From Octopus sinensis (lineage: Eukaryota), in NCBI RefSeq assembly GCF_006345805.1, contig NC_043009.1, forward strand, positions 6,386,001-6,450,000: a stretch of 64,000 bases of DNA, written 5' to 3'. The notes beneath the pieces are model-generated. The model saw only the letters and a program-made list of their open reading frames with translations. It did no database searches and was not told the DNA's origin. The position numbers and the translations under genes were made by a program. Numbering within the stretch: the first letter of the stretch is position 1; each line of letters starts with the position of its first letter. This document shows, in pieces, positions 1 through 13,500 of this stretch.

Positions 1-129
1 AAATGAAACTGAGCAAAGCAACGGTATGGTAGGAAGGACCTACCCGGTTTGCTGCACAATGAACCGGATCCGGAAGAACGCATCTGCAACGAGAATTTGT
101 TAACCACATGACCTATGTCCACGACACAT

Positions 130-620
130 TTTAAAGAAATTATACACATATGTTTGAAATATTTTCTGACTGCAACTATCGGTTTAGCTAATATTAACTC
201 TTTACAGAACTACGTGATGTGTTTTATTCAATCTAGTGCAGCAATATTTATCTCTCTGAATGATATACAACAACCGTAGTCAGTGCTTGGTGAATCTGAC
301 TCGAGGGCTATACGGCAGAGAGAGGTAGCCGCGTGCTGATAATGGATGTGCAAGGCTGAGTTATTTATTTTGTTTTCAAATTTTCGGGTATTCTCATAAT
401 TCGGCTATTGGTAGATAGACGGAAATGTATTCTCACCCGAAACGTTGAAACTGAAGAATATGTCGAAGACGCGTCACATTCCCTGGATAATAAAATAAAC
501 TTTATTCTTAAAATTCACCCGCCACAATTACCCAACGTTTTATCACAAAATTTGTTGTGAGGAATTTGACCGTCGAAAATACACTTTTAAGATCGGTTTT
601 AAGATTAGATACGAAAGTAA
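130..620 (-). pseudogene. GPCR-like pseudogene copy A: decayed SMB/Cys-rich ectodomain start, probably continuing off the left edge
   Basis: Minus-strand translation gives S*NRS (cf. CxxRC) near 600, FCDK-TLGNCG near 555-520 (cf. CxCDxxCxxxGxCC) and VVYHS..KYCC near 275-235. Stops and frameshifts throughout. Manual motif match only. Confidence 0.3.
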
Positions 621-723
621 TCCATTTTTTATTGATCCTTTTTTATTAATTTACATAATTTTCCCATTATTTTTGATGAGGTCTTCAATGCACTTCTCTC
701 GCCACAATATATAGTGGATATCT

Positions 724-930
724 AAGGCGGCGAGCTGCCAGAAACTTTAGCACGCCGGTCGAAATGCTTAGCAGTATGTCGTCTGTCTTTGTGTTCTGAG
801 TTCAAATTCCACCAAAGTCGACTTTGCCTTTCATCCTTTCGGTGTCGATAAATTAAGTACCAGTTGCGTACTTGTGTCGATATGGCTCCCTCCTCCAAAA
901 TTTCCGGCATTGTGCCTAGAGAAGAAACGA
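724..930 (+). mobile_element. tRNA-derived SINE, family A (AAGGCGGCGAGCTGGCAGAA... type)
   Basis: Same sequence recurs more than 12 times in the window: gttctgagttcaaattcc (B-box-like) followed by gtcgactttgcctttcatcctttcgg..gtcgataaattaagtaccag. Confidence 0.85.
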
Positions 931-1109
931 ATATATGGAAGATTTCATTTGAATACACAGAATTTGGGAATTGGCGATTACTTGGAAAACATCACACGTG
1001 ATATAGAGACCCAAGGAAACTCTCTGCTGTTCGTAGCTAACATTTATGTCGAAGTATGCTATTTCTTTTAATGTACAACTAAATTAGATATCTAAAGTGT
1101 ATATCATTG

Positions 1110-1262
1110 CAGATATCTTACCAATACGGCAAAAGAGACTGATATAATAAGAACCAGTCTTTAAAACACAAATAATTATTTGTGTTGATTGATTCGAGTA
1201 ATGTTCTACAAGACAGTGATCCAGCAAGGGTTACAGTCGAATGACACATTCAGATAACACAT
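1110..1262 (+). mobile_element. Degenerate 3' half of SINE family B
   Basis: cggcaaaagagactgatataataag...ccagcaagggttacagtcgaatgac matches the 3' half of the copy at 8457-8840. Confidence 0.6.
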
Positions 1263-1844
1263 AACAGATATATTTAGTGATTTCAAAAATACCTAATCAC
1301 AAACAAGACACGCAATCGCAATGTCGAGTAATATAAATGATGCAAGTATCTTACAAGGAATTAATACCTAGAAATTTAACACGCATATCTTATTAAATTG
1401 TAACACCATTTACAACTATTAAATAATTTCTGACCCTTACGGCGCTGCTACAAGTGTGCGAGTTAGCGGTTTCTCATTTCGTTCTAATCTAATCTGATCT
1501 AATCTAATCTGAGACTGCGATATTTTGTTCGTTCAGTGTAAGATAAATAACTAAACAGTTTTTCTGAAATGACAAAGAACATAAAATGAAACAGGGTCAT
1601 TTCAAATTTTAAAGTTTTCCTGATGACAGAAACGGAAACACGTGTTTATTTTCACAGTTAAGGTCAAAATTTACGTGTACTGAAGAAAACATTTACGAAA
1701 AGCTATAAAACATCTACACGTACGTACATACATACAGATGACAGACACATAGACAGACAGACGGACAGACATACACACACGCACACACACACACATTCAT
1801 ACACACACACACATATATATTTATATATATATATATACACATAT

Positions 1845-3420
1845 ATAATAGTCAAGGTAGCTCCACCTAATGACCTCAAATTAATATCTATAATAGCAGG
1901 CTCCGCATGCGAAGCTCACCGCTTCAGCAACTTTTTAGACACCCTGGTAAAGCCATTCCTCAAGCGTATCAAAAACTATATAAGGGACTATTTAGATATA
2001 CTCAACCAACTCTCTGAAACAATTAATAAAATAACCCTACTAGTATCCTTCGAAGTAGTCAACCTGTACATTGATATCCCCCATAACCTAGGAATAGAGG
2101 CTATTCAGTTCTGGCTAGAGAATTACTCCAATGAACTCCCACACCGCATCAAAATATAATTCGTAATAGAAGGGCTAAAATTCATCTTGGGGGATAACAT
2201 CTTCCTATTTAATAACAACTTCTATCGACAGAGTCGGAGAGAACGATGGGCACGACAATAGTCCCCTCCTTTACTAATCTACCTAGAAATCACTCTTTAT
2301 TGTAAGGTATTCGTAAAAATACGGAAACTCATTCTTCCTTTACATAGAAAATAACTGGAAGAGATATCTAGATGACTTCTTCATTCTTTGGTGTGTAATT
2401 ATAGAGAGACTTAAAGAATTTCAAGCACTTCTGAATGGATTTGACATAAACATTCAATTTACGAAGGAATATAGCCATCAACAACTTCCTTTCGTCGACA
2501 TCCTCATTAAGAAATCCAACAGCAAAATAGAAACACACATATACAATAAGCCCACGGATTCCAAGCAATATCTACCGTTGAAACACATACCACCAAGGCA
2601 TACTAGAAGGAATATCTCTTTCAAACTGGCTAAAAGGATTTGCACTATAGTATTTGATACATGCACGAGGGACACATGACAACATGAGCTAAAGGAGACA
2701 CTTGTCAGCAAGAATTACCCACCATCACTAATTAACATAGGTTTTCAACGTACCCTACATCTCAACGTCCACGAAATCAGACATCCCAAACCAAAGAAAG
2801 AATTACCACTGAAAGAACAACTATACTTATCCACCCCAACCACTAAACTATGTGGCCTTCGATACCACCATCCACAATATTCCTTTGCTAAACAGGGACC
2901 ATGTAATGAATCAAATCCTCCAAACGCACACCATCATAAAGAGGAAAAGACAACCCAAGTGGATGAAAAATATTCAAACACAAGCCCAAATAAATTCGTC
3001 GACAACTTTGATACCGACAGTGAAAAAATTGCGGAAGACCTAACAGTGGTAGATGCGTCAGCTTGACTGAGGGATCGGATTTCTCCTTCAAGCAGAGTTT
3101 TACAGCGAAAAACTTCAAACGTGCTTCAGGAAAACCTGATATGTGTGCTAACTTAGGGTGTCCAGAGCAATATATCGGTTAAACTAAAAAAGGCGTACAG
3201 ATTACAGATTAAAATACGGGAATACAAAAATCTAGAATTAAGTAAACTCATTGATATTTGCACCTCTAACGAACAACCCAACTTTAGAATTTCTCCGCTC
3301 TGTAAATTTAACGACAATGCAACCTATAATCAGGACTTTAACAAAGAATCATTTTTTATTGCAAAATATAGACATTTTTTATGCTTCCGCCCCAGATGAC
3401 ACTACTACAGGGATCTAGGA
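1845..3420 (+). mobile_element. Decayed Penelope-like retroelement (RT plus GIY-YIG endonuclease), 5'-truncated
   Basis: Frame-broken translation: IAGSACEAHRFSNFLDTLVKPFLKRIKNYIRD..LLVSFEVVNLYIDIPHNLGIEAIQFWL, NWKRYLDDFFILW (RT catalytic YLDD near 2365), QLPFVDILIK, IYNKPTDSKQYL, then LICVLT..CPEQYIG*T (GIY-YIG-like near 3140-3185). Confidence 0.9.
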
Positions 3421-4194
3421 ATGATACCCTCGGTAATATTGAAAACGATAGATATATTTAGAACAGTCGCTACGCAAGAATTTATTTAAAACAATTCCTA
3501 CTAGTGCTACTACAAGCATAACAGTTTAACGTGAGGCTATTTAAGCATTAAATCAGATTCCACGGACAACTTTACTACTGGGTGTTGCCACTCACGTTTT
3601 TCTTCTTCTTCTTCTTCATCTTCTTCTTCATCTTCTTTTTCCTTATTCTTCTTTTTCATCTTATCTTCCCTCTTTTTCGCATTCTCCTTCGGCTACTGCT
3701 TAAACAATCAAACTTCAGAACCCAATATATCTTTGCACTCAAAATACAATTTTTCAGATCTGCCATTACCTACCTTACGAATCTAAATAAAGGAAGAGAG
3801 TCAGACAGGCAGATAGAATGAGAGACTGAAAGACAGACAGAAAAAGGAAAATGGTCTACCTATTTGAAGAATATGGAAATATTTACAAAACATTAAATGT
3901 TTTCTTCAGTTTAATTGTTTTTCTCCTTAATTGATATCCACCTTTGTTTTACACTTAGTTGAAAAGTTCGAAAAGACAGAAACCGGTATTGAACATTACG
4001 AAATGTATTTCATGATAAAATTATTTTAGCAATTTCTACCCTTACTTATTTTCCTATATACTTATATATATATATGTGTGTGTGTGTGTGTACATATATC
4101 AATCTATATATTGAATTATTAATACAACAGTGTGTATGTCTGTATATATATATATATATATAATATATATATATATATACAGAGAGAGATAGGG

Positions 4195-4279
<85 letters not shown>
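4195..4279. repeat. (GATA)n microsatellite
   Basis: Directly visible tetranucleotide array. Confidence 0.97.
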
Positions 4280-4800
4280 TGATTTACAGTCATGATCTAC
4301 AGTAATCTTGCTATCCATAGTTTAGAAACAAATTACTGATTTATTTTGAACTTAGATACTATTTTTTTTTACATTGAGTGTTTCTGAAAAGTAAACAAAA
4401 ATCAAAAAAAGACATTCTTTTATAGTTAACTATAATGATTTTCCTTTTTATTCCTTTCATTCAGCATTTGTTTCTTCCTCTCTTTTCTTCGTAATAATAC
4501 AATCTATCAAAACATATTTTTCCTTTTGTTTGTATTAAACAAATATTATTCAGATAGTGCCCGTCTAGCAGATGTTTCCTGAACATATATTCACATGTGC
4601 TTTAAAAGAATCGGTAATTAGGTTGGCAAATTTATTTGCATGTTTTCATATGAACTTCGATTATTTTCTCATAAACTTTCTATAAATGCCTTACGATATT
4701 GTTAATTTATTTTTCACAATCCATGGATAATATCCCCAATATTGCTACAAATTGCTTAGTATATTATATATCATACGACCTTGTGTATGTATATATATAT

Positions 4801-4831
<31 letters not shown>

Positions 4832-5225
4832 TTATTTTATATTTATTTATTTATTTTTATCTAGTTTCAGCTGTCGAGCTGTGGCCATGCTGGGGCACCG
4901 CCATATATATATATATGAAATAATATCAGGGTAATAAAGATTTTAGAAATTTTCACTACCAGTGGCCTAGGGTAAAGAAAATTTAGTCAATCGACTATAT
5001 ATTATTCATATAAAATATAGTGTACATTTAACACATTCAGGTTTCCACCATAGGAATCCCTTATTTTATTTGCTAAAATTAGTCAGAAACCATGGTCCAG
5101 AAAATAGATGGTAAATGTTTTTATTTTTCATTCCAATCTATCCCCAATTCGTGGTTTTAACTTTAGCTATTCCTTCTAGCGCAAGGGATTCTTATGATGG
5201 AAATCTCTTTATCTGTTTATATATG

Positions 5226-5283
<58 letters not shown>

Positions 5284-5645
5284 ATATGTATGTATGTGTG
5301 TATGTATGTATGCATTTGTGTATATTTACGTATATGTGTGTATGTGTGTGTGTGTATGGATATTACATAGACATTAATCGCAAATTCATAGTCTATGTCT
5401 TTGTTTTTTTGTTTTTGTTTAAACGCCTATTTGCTGTTGGATAACGTCTGGGAAAGCTCCCTGAATGGCAACGTGTGTTAAAAAATACCTTGTTCCAGAC
5501 TACACGAGACAATTCGCCCCAAAGTGATCGAGAATGATAGATAACGATATTTCGCCAATGTTGTGGCTTATCAATAATATATACTCGGATCGCTTTGAAA
5601 CGAAATATATCGCTGGTACCCAACATTTTTCGGCCGAATCTCTAA

Positions 5646-5734
5646 TATAGACGAGTGAAATTCATCTGCCGTACTGTCTCGTGACACACATGGTAAAAAA
5701 TTGGGACGAAATATGAATTTCACTCGTCTCTATA
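5646..5734. mobile_element. Short MITE-like hairpin
   Basis: tatagacgagtgaaattcat at ~5647 is the reverse complement of atgaatttcactcgtctctata ending at ~5734; TA-flanked. Confidence 0.65.
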
Positions 5735-6235
5735 AATTCGGATATGCTAACTGCCTTGCGTGATGTTCTGATGTCGCTTGGTCAGAAATACAATGTTTTC
5801 TAGCATTTTCTAATTTCTATTTATCGGAGTATTATGTGGATAAGGATATTGAGTTTTATAATTCTAATCCAGAAATGCGTCCATAATTAACCGAAGATTT
5901 TTTGATTTAATTTTTTTTATGTTATCTATGCAGTCATATTTTGTAGCGAAAAGAAATAACGGTCTTTTGGCTGCTGTTTCTAAATTTTTCGGTATGTGGT
6001 TAAGCAACTTGTTGCTAAACACTCCATTATGGTTATAAATATATATAAACCATTTTTGAGAAGTGGGCCGCTTGTCTCATGGCTCGTTATTCGGCAAGTC
6101 TGAGTACTAAGAAAATCAAGGTAAGTTTGTGCTAGGTATGCCCTGCGCAACATGATTTGTTTTGTCTCACAAATTTTTAAACGCTGAAGGGGTATTATGT
6201 ACCTTTCTTCACTCAAAAGCAAATACTAGTACATG

Positions 6236-6462
6236 TTTCTTTATTACCCACAAGGGGCTAAACATAGAGTGGAGAAACAAGTACAGACAAACGGATTAAG
6301 TCGATTACATCGACCCCAGTGCGTAACTGGTACTTATTTAATCGACCCCGAAAGGATGAAAGACAAAGTCGACCTCGGCGGAATTTGAACTCAGAACGTA
6401 GCGCAGGCGAAATACCGCTAAGCATTTCGACCAACTTGCTAACGATTCTGCCAGCTCGCCCC
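6236..6462 (-). mobile_element. SINE family A with long tail
   Basis: Reverse complement of the family A consensus; tail ttattacccacaaggggctaaac..agag..acaa. Confidence 0.88.
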
Positions 6463-6912
6463 GGCAGTTAAAAAGGTTTCTAATTGTAGTTCAAAGTGCA
6501 AAGCTTAGATAAGGACGAAAGTTAATATTTCAAAGGGTTATAACAGAAATTCCGTCAACTGCGACACACTGTGCCTCTGGTCATTGGATTATCAATACTC
6601 AGATTTATGTAATCATTTCAATACGTTGTCGTACTTTATTAGGTATGTATTTACTTGGCCCGCTTTCTTAAAATTTCCATTTATTATTGATATTATATTA
6701 GTAATGTTGATTTGATTTGCTTCATCAGACGAAAAAAATATTGTTACCAAAACAGTTTTGCATAATTTCCAAAATTTGTGAACGAAAATGAATGGGAAAA
6801 ATCCAACTGATTCATTATCTTCAATCTGAGGATCACGTTTAAACTTTTGAAACAGAAGAGATGAGAATCTGCTAAAGACAAAAACCGGTGACACAACATA
6901 CTAAGGAGTAAA

Positions 6913-7220
6913 GAATTGCAGCGTGGAAGATGTTTCGAAGCCATTTAAGAACACAGAAAACCGTAGGTTTCCCTTCAACATTTAAATTTAATTCGTATCA
7001 AAATATTTTCTCCGCTTTGAAATCATGTCCTGCGAGGCAGCGCCAAGTTTTGTTAGCGAATAGGTCGCGGTTTCAAAGCTACGAAAATATTTTGACACAA
7101 TTTAAATTAAAATGTTGAAATGAAATTAACGGTTTACAAACATCTTCCACGCTGCAATTGTTTCTGTTTCAGCACACGATTTCAGATCAAGTCACTTGCT
7201 ATGCAAGTACATCTCCGTAA
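6913..7220. mobile_element. Foldback/MITE-like DNA element with long inverted arms
   Basis: aattgcagcgtggaagatgttt...caacatttaaatttaa...aaaatattttc at 6913-7025 pairs with aaaatattttga..aatttaaattaaaatgttg...aaacatcttccacgctgcaatt at 7070-7160. Confidence 0.8.
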
Positions 7221-8383
7221 TACTAAGTGTAGGTTCAGTTTACCCAATAGTTTTTCGCCATCTTAGTTTCCCTCAAAATGCCTCTGTCCGACTTCAATTG
7301 TTGGAAAACATTTTCCTAAGATTACGTACATTGGATCCAATCTATTAGAGCGAAGGGGGCTTATTCACACATCCATGTCTTCACAATACAGTACGATAAT
7401 CTCTTTTGGCTGCACTCTTACGCATGAGTGTTTCACATAAAATAGAGTAATGACATTTTATTTTTAAATTTGTACCTTGGCAAATATTTAATTGCCGAGT
7501 AACATCTGAACGAAGGCTATATTATACAAATATATATTGCAACGAAGTTATACAAACAAATATAAATGGTTTTGTAAGCTACATTTAAGAGAAATTTGTC
7601 TGTTTCAGCGCACGATATAAACTCAACAGTAATAAATAACGGAGTATTAAAACTGATATCACTACAGAACTTCAAAGACATGCGAAGAAATTTATATGAC
7701 ATAGATGTCCTAGAATTAAAGTTCATGAAACTGTATGTACCAGACATTAGAGTGCAAGGACAAATATTTTGGTAATCATAGATTTTTATCATATATTCAG
7801 TGTTTTTGTCCAGGATGTATTTATTGAAAAAAATCATAGCACCTACGCAAAAACTTATATTGAACTTCAGTTTGTATATATTCGGGTTCGGTGGCCGTTT
7901 ATCAGAACATTACTCGTGTATTTGTCACACAACATTTCTGAATAAACATCTACAAGAAAAAAAAAAAAAATAATAAAGTAGGGAATACTGAATTTGGTTA
8001 GATTTTACTACGCTTCTTTCATTGCAATTTACTGTCTCATATATTGTCAATAGTTCTGTGTTTTATTGTGTGATGATAAAATATAAATGCATATTTTATA
8101 GGTTGCTGTACAAAATATTATGTCTAGCTACCATATTTAAAGTAGAGAACATCTCTAGTTGTTTCACTTCTTTATCCAACTTTTCCTCCAAATACTCTTT
8201 TTGCAGTGTACATGTCATATATATATGTATATATGTATGAGTGTGAGTATGCATGTGCTTCTGCTTGTATGTGTGTGTGCAGGGGAGATAGAGACATATA
8301 GATACGCATTCATATGCATGTATAAAATACATGCACACATATACGTATACATACAATACATGTATATATATATACATATATAT

Positions 8384-8440
<57 letters not shown>

Positions 8441-8456
8441 CATATATATATATATA

Positions 8457-8840
8457 GGCGCAAGAGTGGCGTGTGGTAAATAGCTTGCTTACAACAACAT
8501 GGTTCCGGGTTCAGTCCCACTGCATCGCACCTTCTACTATACCTCGGGCCGACCAAAGCTTGTGAGTGGATTTGGTAGACGGAAACTGAAGCCTGTCATA
8601 TATATGTATATTATATATAGTGTGTGTGTGTTTGTGTGTCTGTGTTTGTTCCCCCCCCACCAACATCGCTTGACAACCGATGCTGGTGTGGTAACATCCC
8701 CGTAATCTAGCGGTTCGGCAAAGGAGACCGATTGAAGAAGTACTACGCTTACGAAGAATAGGTCCTGGGGTCTATTTCCTCGACTAAAGGCGGTGCTTCA
8801 GCATGGCCGCAGTTAAATGACTGAAACAAGTAAAAGAGTG
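8457..8840 (+). mobile_element. tRNA-derived SINE, family B (internal microsatellite)
   Basis: Head gagtggcgtgtggtaa..ggttccgggttcagtccc (A/B-box-like), central TA/TG repeat, tail gcatggccgcagttaaatgactgaaacaagtaaaaga; several copies in the window. Confidence 0.88.
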
Positions 8841-8851
8841 CATACAAAAGA

Positions 8852-8911
<60 letters not shown>

Positions 8912-9006
8912 ATATATATATTATATATACATACACATATATATACATATATATATATATATTATATATATATATTAGATATATATTAATATATATCTTA
9001 TATATA

Positions 9007-9080
<74 letters not shown>

Positions 9081-9714
9081 ATACACATACTTTATTTAAA
9101 GCAGCAGAAAATTCAACAAAAAATGTTACTATGCGTTTCCTGTTGACTTTTCTGATGCTTTAAATAAAGCATATTACTTTACCACTGGTATTTGAGTACT
9201 CTTTTTCCACCTTGTTTCACATTTATGTGTTTTACTCGGTTATTATAATACATAACATATATTAATATACGTGTGCTCCTTTTATTTTGTTTGTATGTGT
9301 ACAATCGCGTATTTGTCATATTTCACTTTAATAAACATACTTCCGATTGCAGACGGTGGGAAATTCGCTGTGATGTTACTGCATTAGATTGAATGCCTTG
9401 CGGAATCCCTTCCGGGTTCCTTCGCTTCGCGATCAAGTAAAACGCAGCACAATTTTGTTTTTCAATGATTCTGCTGTGCTGTTTCCCTTTCTTCCTGTCT
9501 GCTGACTGTTTCACATTCTGAAGGTGGTCGCGTTCTGCATATCTGAAGATAGGAGAGCCTATACCAGGTCTGACAATTAAGAGCCACATGTTTAGTCACA
9601 TAGGCAACCGTTACGCCTGCTTCAAGCGATGCAGACAGAGAAATTTGCGCGCACGCTGGTGTGTGTGTGTGAGAGAGTGGGTGCGTGTGTGTCCGTGCGT
9701 GTATATTCTTTTTT

Positions 9715-10100
9715 TTTATATTCTGTTACTGGTTTCAGTAATTTTGATTTTGGCCATGCCGGAGCGCCACAGTGTAGTCGAATAAATCGACCTTTGGACT
9801 TATTATTTGTAAACTTGATACTTATATTATCGGTCTCTTTTTGCCGAACCTCTAAATTACTGGGATGTAAAAACACTAACATTGGTTGTCAATCAATGGT
9901 AGGGAAACAAACACAAACGGAAACACACAAATGTGTGTGTATATATATATATATATACGACGGACTTCTTTCAGTTTCCGTCTACCAGATCCACTCACAA
10001 AGCTTTGGTCAGCCCAAAGCTCCAGTAGCACACAATAGCCCAAGTTCCCATGCAGTGGGACTGAACCTAGAATCATGTTGCTTAGTACACAGCCACACCT
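9715..10100 (-). mobile_element. SINE family B
   Basis: Reverse complement of 8457-8840. Confidence 0.85.
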
Positions 10101-10136
10101 GTATATATATATATATATATGTATATATAAACTAAC

Positions 10137-10545
10137 TTTAGATTGAGTAGGGTATTTAATATCACTTGCTGAAATCAGAAGCAATGCTCCAAAACAACCA
10201 GAAACTAACCCTAATATACAAACGAGCAATGCAATGTCCATTTGAGAAATAGGCTTAACTTTGCGTTGAATAAACCAGTAAGTAATGTATATTTCAATAC
10301 CAGCTGATTCCAGCCTCTGTATGTTAACATACACCAGGATCATCAGTTGAAAATAAGATTTTAATATCTGTTTCTAAAATGTCCACTACATCAGCTCGTG
10401 TCCGTTCCTTACTTTCAACGTCCGCGCACCATTTAAAAGAAAACTATCGTGAGCAAAGTAAATTTAAATAACGATCTATTATTCCCGTTATTAATGAAAT
10501 TAATAACGTAGGTGGCTAGCAAGTTTACACCTTCAAAGGCACAAT
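10137..10545. pseudogene. Duplicated GPCR ECL2-TM7 fragment with its ECL2/TM5 part inverted
   Basis: 10137-10262 is a diverged direct copy of 10556-10682; its minus translation IALLVCILGLVSG resembles TM6 GLTWILGFVA. 10325-10547 is the reverse complement of 10690-10912. Confidence 0.6.
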
Positions 10546-10555
10546 ATAAGCTAAA

Positions 10556-13500
10556 TTTAGTGTTAGTAGGCTATTTAATATCACTTCCTAAAATCAGAGC
10601 CATGTTCCAAAACCATAAGAAACTCACTATAAATATATACGCGAGCAATGCAATGGACATTTTGAGAAATAGGTTTACCTGTATAAGTGTATTTTTTGCC
10701 TGTAAAAGTGCGAACGTGCTGGCCACGTTATTATTACCTTATTAATATCATTAATAACGGTAATTATACATCTGTATTTACATTTGTTCACAATAGTTAT
10801 CTTTCAAATGGTGCGGGACGTTGAAAGTAAGGGACGCACAGGAGCAAATGTACCGAATATTTTAGAAATAGATGTTAATATGTTATTTTCAACTGAGGAT
10901 CCCAGAGTATGATGGTAATTTTGTTGCAGCCTGTTGATTACATAAACCAATTCGTGTTTTCCTCTTCGCTTCAAATTTTCGCACTAGACCAGCAATATCA
11001 GGGTACGGACTACGTAGAGTAAATCTATCCCACTGCTCAACTGGCACTTATTTCCTAGAAACCTAACGGATGAAAGTTAAAGTCGATAACAGTGATATCT
11101 GAAACCACAACCTAAATACGGGCGAAATGCCGCTAAGCATTTTCTTCGGCATGCTAATTATTCTCTTAGTTTGCTGCCTTATGTTAGTTTTTTTTATATA
11201 TATTACAACTGCGCAAAAGCGGTGAGCTGGCAAAATCGTTAACATTCCGGGGAAAATGCTTAGGGGCACTTCATCTGTGTTTACGTTCTGATTTCAAATT
11301 TCCTCAAGGACGCCCTTACCTTCCATCCGTTCGGGGTTGATAGAAGTTCCAGTTGAACACTGTTGAACCTCTCCGAAAAAAATATGCCTAAGACGGCAAA
11401 CTGGCAGAATCGTTAGTAACGTAGGGCAGAATGCTCAGCGACATTTCATGCCTTTACGTTCTGAGTTCAAGTTGCGCCGAAGTCGATTTTGCCTTTCATC
11501 TTTTCAGTATCGATAAATTAAGTACCGGTTGTGCAATTGTGTCGTTGTAATAGACTTACATGTCACCAGAAATTGCTGGCCTGGTACCAAAATCTGAAAC
11601 CAATATTACAAATGTGCACCTCGTTTTTTCTTATATACTATTATACCTGTTGACAGAAGTGAGAAAGATCGTCATCAGTGAATTAACAAAATTTGTTTTG
11701 TGTCGTAGGAGAAAAATATCGATAAAAGTAAATACTGATCTCCTTCAGTAATATCAAAGACATTACATTATTATCATTCCTATATGTAATTATCTTAATA
11801 TGCATTGCTATATACCCTTACATATAAGGAGCTGCAGAACTATATTCTTTTATACACGTGTTCGTATTTTCCAATACTACGTTAAAGTCCCTTTATGCAT
11901 TCATTTTTTTATTTCATTTCTAATACAATATATCCTAACAGGCATATTATAGCGATACATCAGTCTAGCTAAATTCCACATTATTTAATATTTTATTATT
12001 GAAATAGATATCAAAGTAGGAACCATATTTGTATGATATAAATATTATATTACTGTAACCTTCGTAACAATGACTGTGAAGTTTTGGTTTAATTCAACAT
12101 CTGCAACATATTGTTTTTTTTTTCTGTCAATCGTTTGGTTGTTTTGTTTTTATGTTATTTTTCTCGTAAAACAAATACATATATCATATTTTCTGAGTAT
12201 GTAAATTTTCGCCTCAAAACATACAAACAAGAATATGAATTTAAAAATTCAATATGCTATAGATTATGTTCAGAGAGACGATGTACTCCGGGGAGATGCA
12301 ATTCAATGCCCTTAATCGAGAAAATATTTCATAACAAATCATCTTTTGGGTGTGTTTTCCATTTTCAAGAAATTATTGATTAGAAATTTAATTCTTGTTG
12401 AACTGAATATGGATAGAAAATTATGGTCTTCATGCCTTTCCCATGGGCATTAAGGCAATAAACGATGCAATTTCAACTGAGACTCGGATAATCGTAAACG
12501 TTATGATGAATCTATTTTTCGAGATGCAACTCTTCGATGTTCAAATTGTATCTAAACATAACAAAATTAGATTTGCTATTCAAACAGAAAAGTCATTCTC
12601 AGCGGGGAAGAAATTTTGTAACTGCTTTGCATCTGAAAATCTATTTACTTTTTTTGTCTTCCACATGAGGTTTGTTAACTTTCCAAAGCAACTTTGTATA
12701 TGATTCCACTTTCTTTTATCAGCCTCCCGAAAGACTCCTAATTATATTATAAATCTAATTTATAAGTCCTCTATTTTGTTATTTCAATTTCACTTTCAAA
12801 AATTTGGCCTCTACCAATACAAACATACATATGCATTCACATATAATATCGAAGATGTGAAAGTACATATATTGTATTATAGTTAAGTTATGGTTGGGGA
12901 ATAATTTTCCATCTATTCAGTTATTATTCATCTACTTGAATATCGTAAAACATACGTCCGCTGTCATAAAGAAACGATCAACCGTTAAATACATTAATAT
13001 TTCCTTTTATAATAGGTGATACGTTTCAAAATCTTACCTTAAATTATAATTTCCTACTATGTTTTTTCTAGTTATTAAATTATACTTAGTATCAGCATCA
13101 TTACATATTCGCACACAACCTCCGTTTCACCTTGTATAAGAATGGAAAATACAAGGAAATCTGATAAAAATTCTCCCTATAGCTGCATATTACATGTACA
13201 TAGAAGTTCATTTTAGGCTATATATATATTGTAAATGAAAATTCGACCATGTTTGCAACAAAACTTTTATGAGACAGGGGGTGAAATTATGGGATTCTTG
13301 GTATATTATAAATAGTAAACTTAGTTACAAATAATTCAATAACACTTACTCTTGATACATATTTTATTGAAAAGCAAATCCGAGGTGAAGTGGATATAGG
13401 AAACTAAATACCGAGAAACATATAATTTATCGCTCAATTGGTTAAGTCACTCGAACATTCCCCCAGGTTCTCTCAATTCCCTTCCTTTACATCAGCAAAT

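Larger units (their letters stand above)
1260..4750 (-). pseudogene. GPCR-like pseudogene copy B, heavily deleted and split by the Penelope-like insertion
   Basis: GHYLNNICL near 4563-4535 (YxNxxC-like), PCFI near 1598-1585 (ECL2-like), KL-IVVNGVT near 1430-1400 (TM6 KLxxxMGxT-like). Weak. Confidence 0.22.
5440..9625 (-). pseudogene. GPCR-like pseudogene copy C: near full-length decayed SMB-ectodomain class-B (7tm_2-like) receptor
   Basis: Ordered remnants 5' to 3': NGCLCD*TCGS (~9612-9580), AFYLIAK (~9445), NILYSNL* (~8120), RPP..FLRRCY (~7897-7836), YQNICPCTL and AYKTIYICLYN (ORF 7517-7837), RPYLSF (~6520), LKICE..LAQ..TQTCRI..CLATSCLTTYRKI (ORF 5980-6222), YGR-FWI (~5886-5865, ECL2 CWI-like), KMLGTSDIF (~5626, TM6-like), QGIF (~5490, TM7-like). 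Interrupted by SINEs, MITEs and microsatellites. Confidence 0.6.

Noticed and set aside
10556-10660. Second apparent signal-peptide exon (MSIALLAYIFIVSFLWF), and a similar one at 56362-56261
   Set aside because: Context (preceding ECL2/TM5 motifs, LFLKMS) points to TM6/7 and TM5 remnants; the first also has an in-frame stop and no GT donor.
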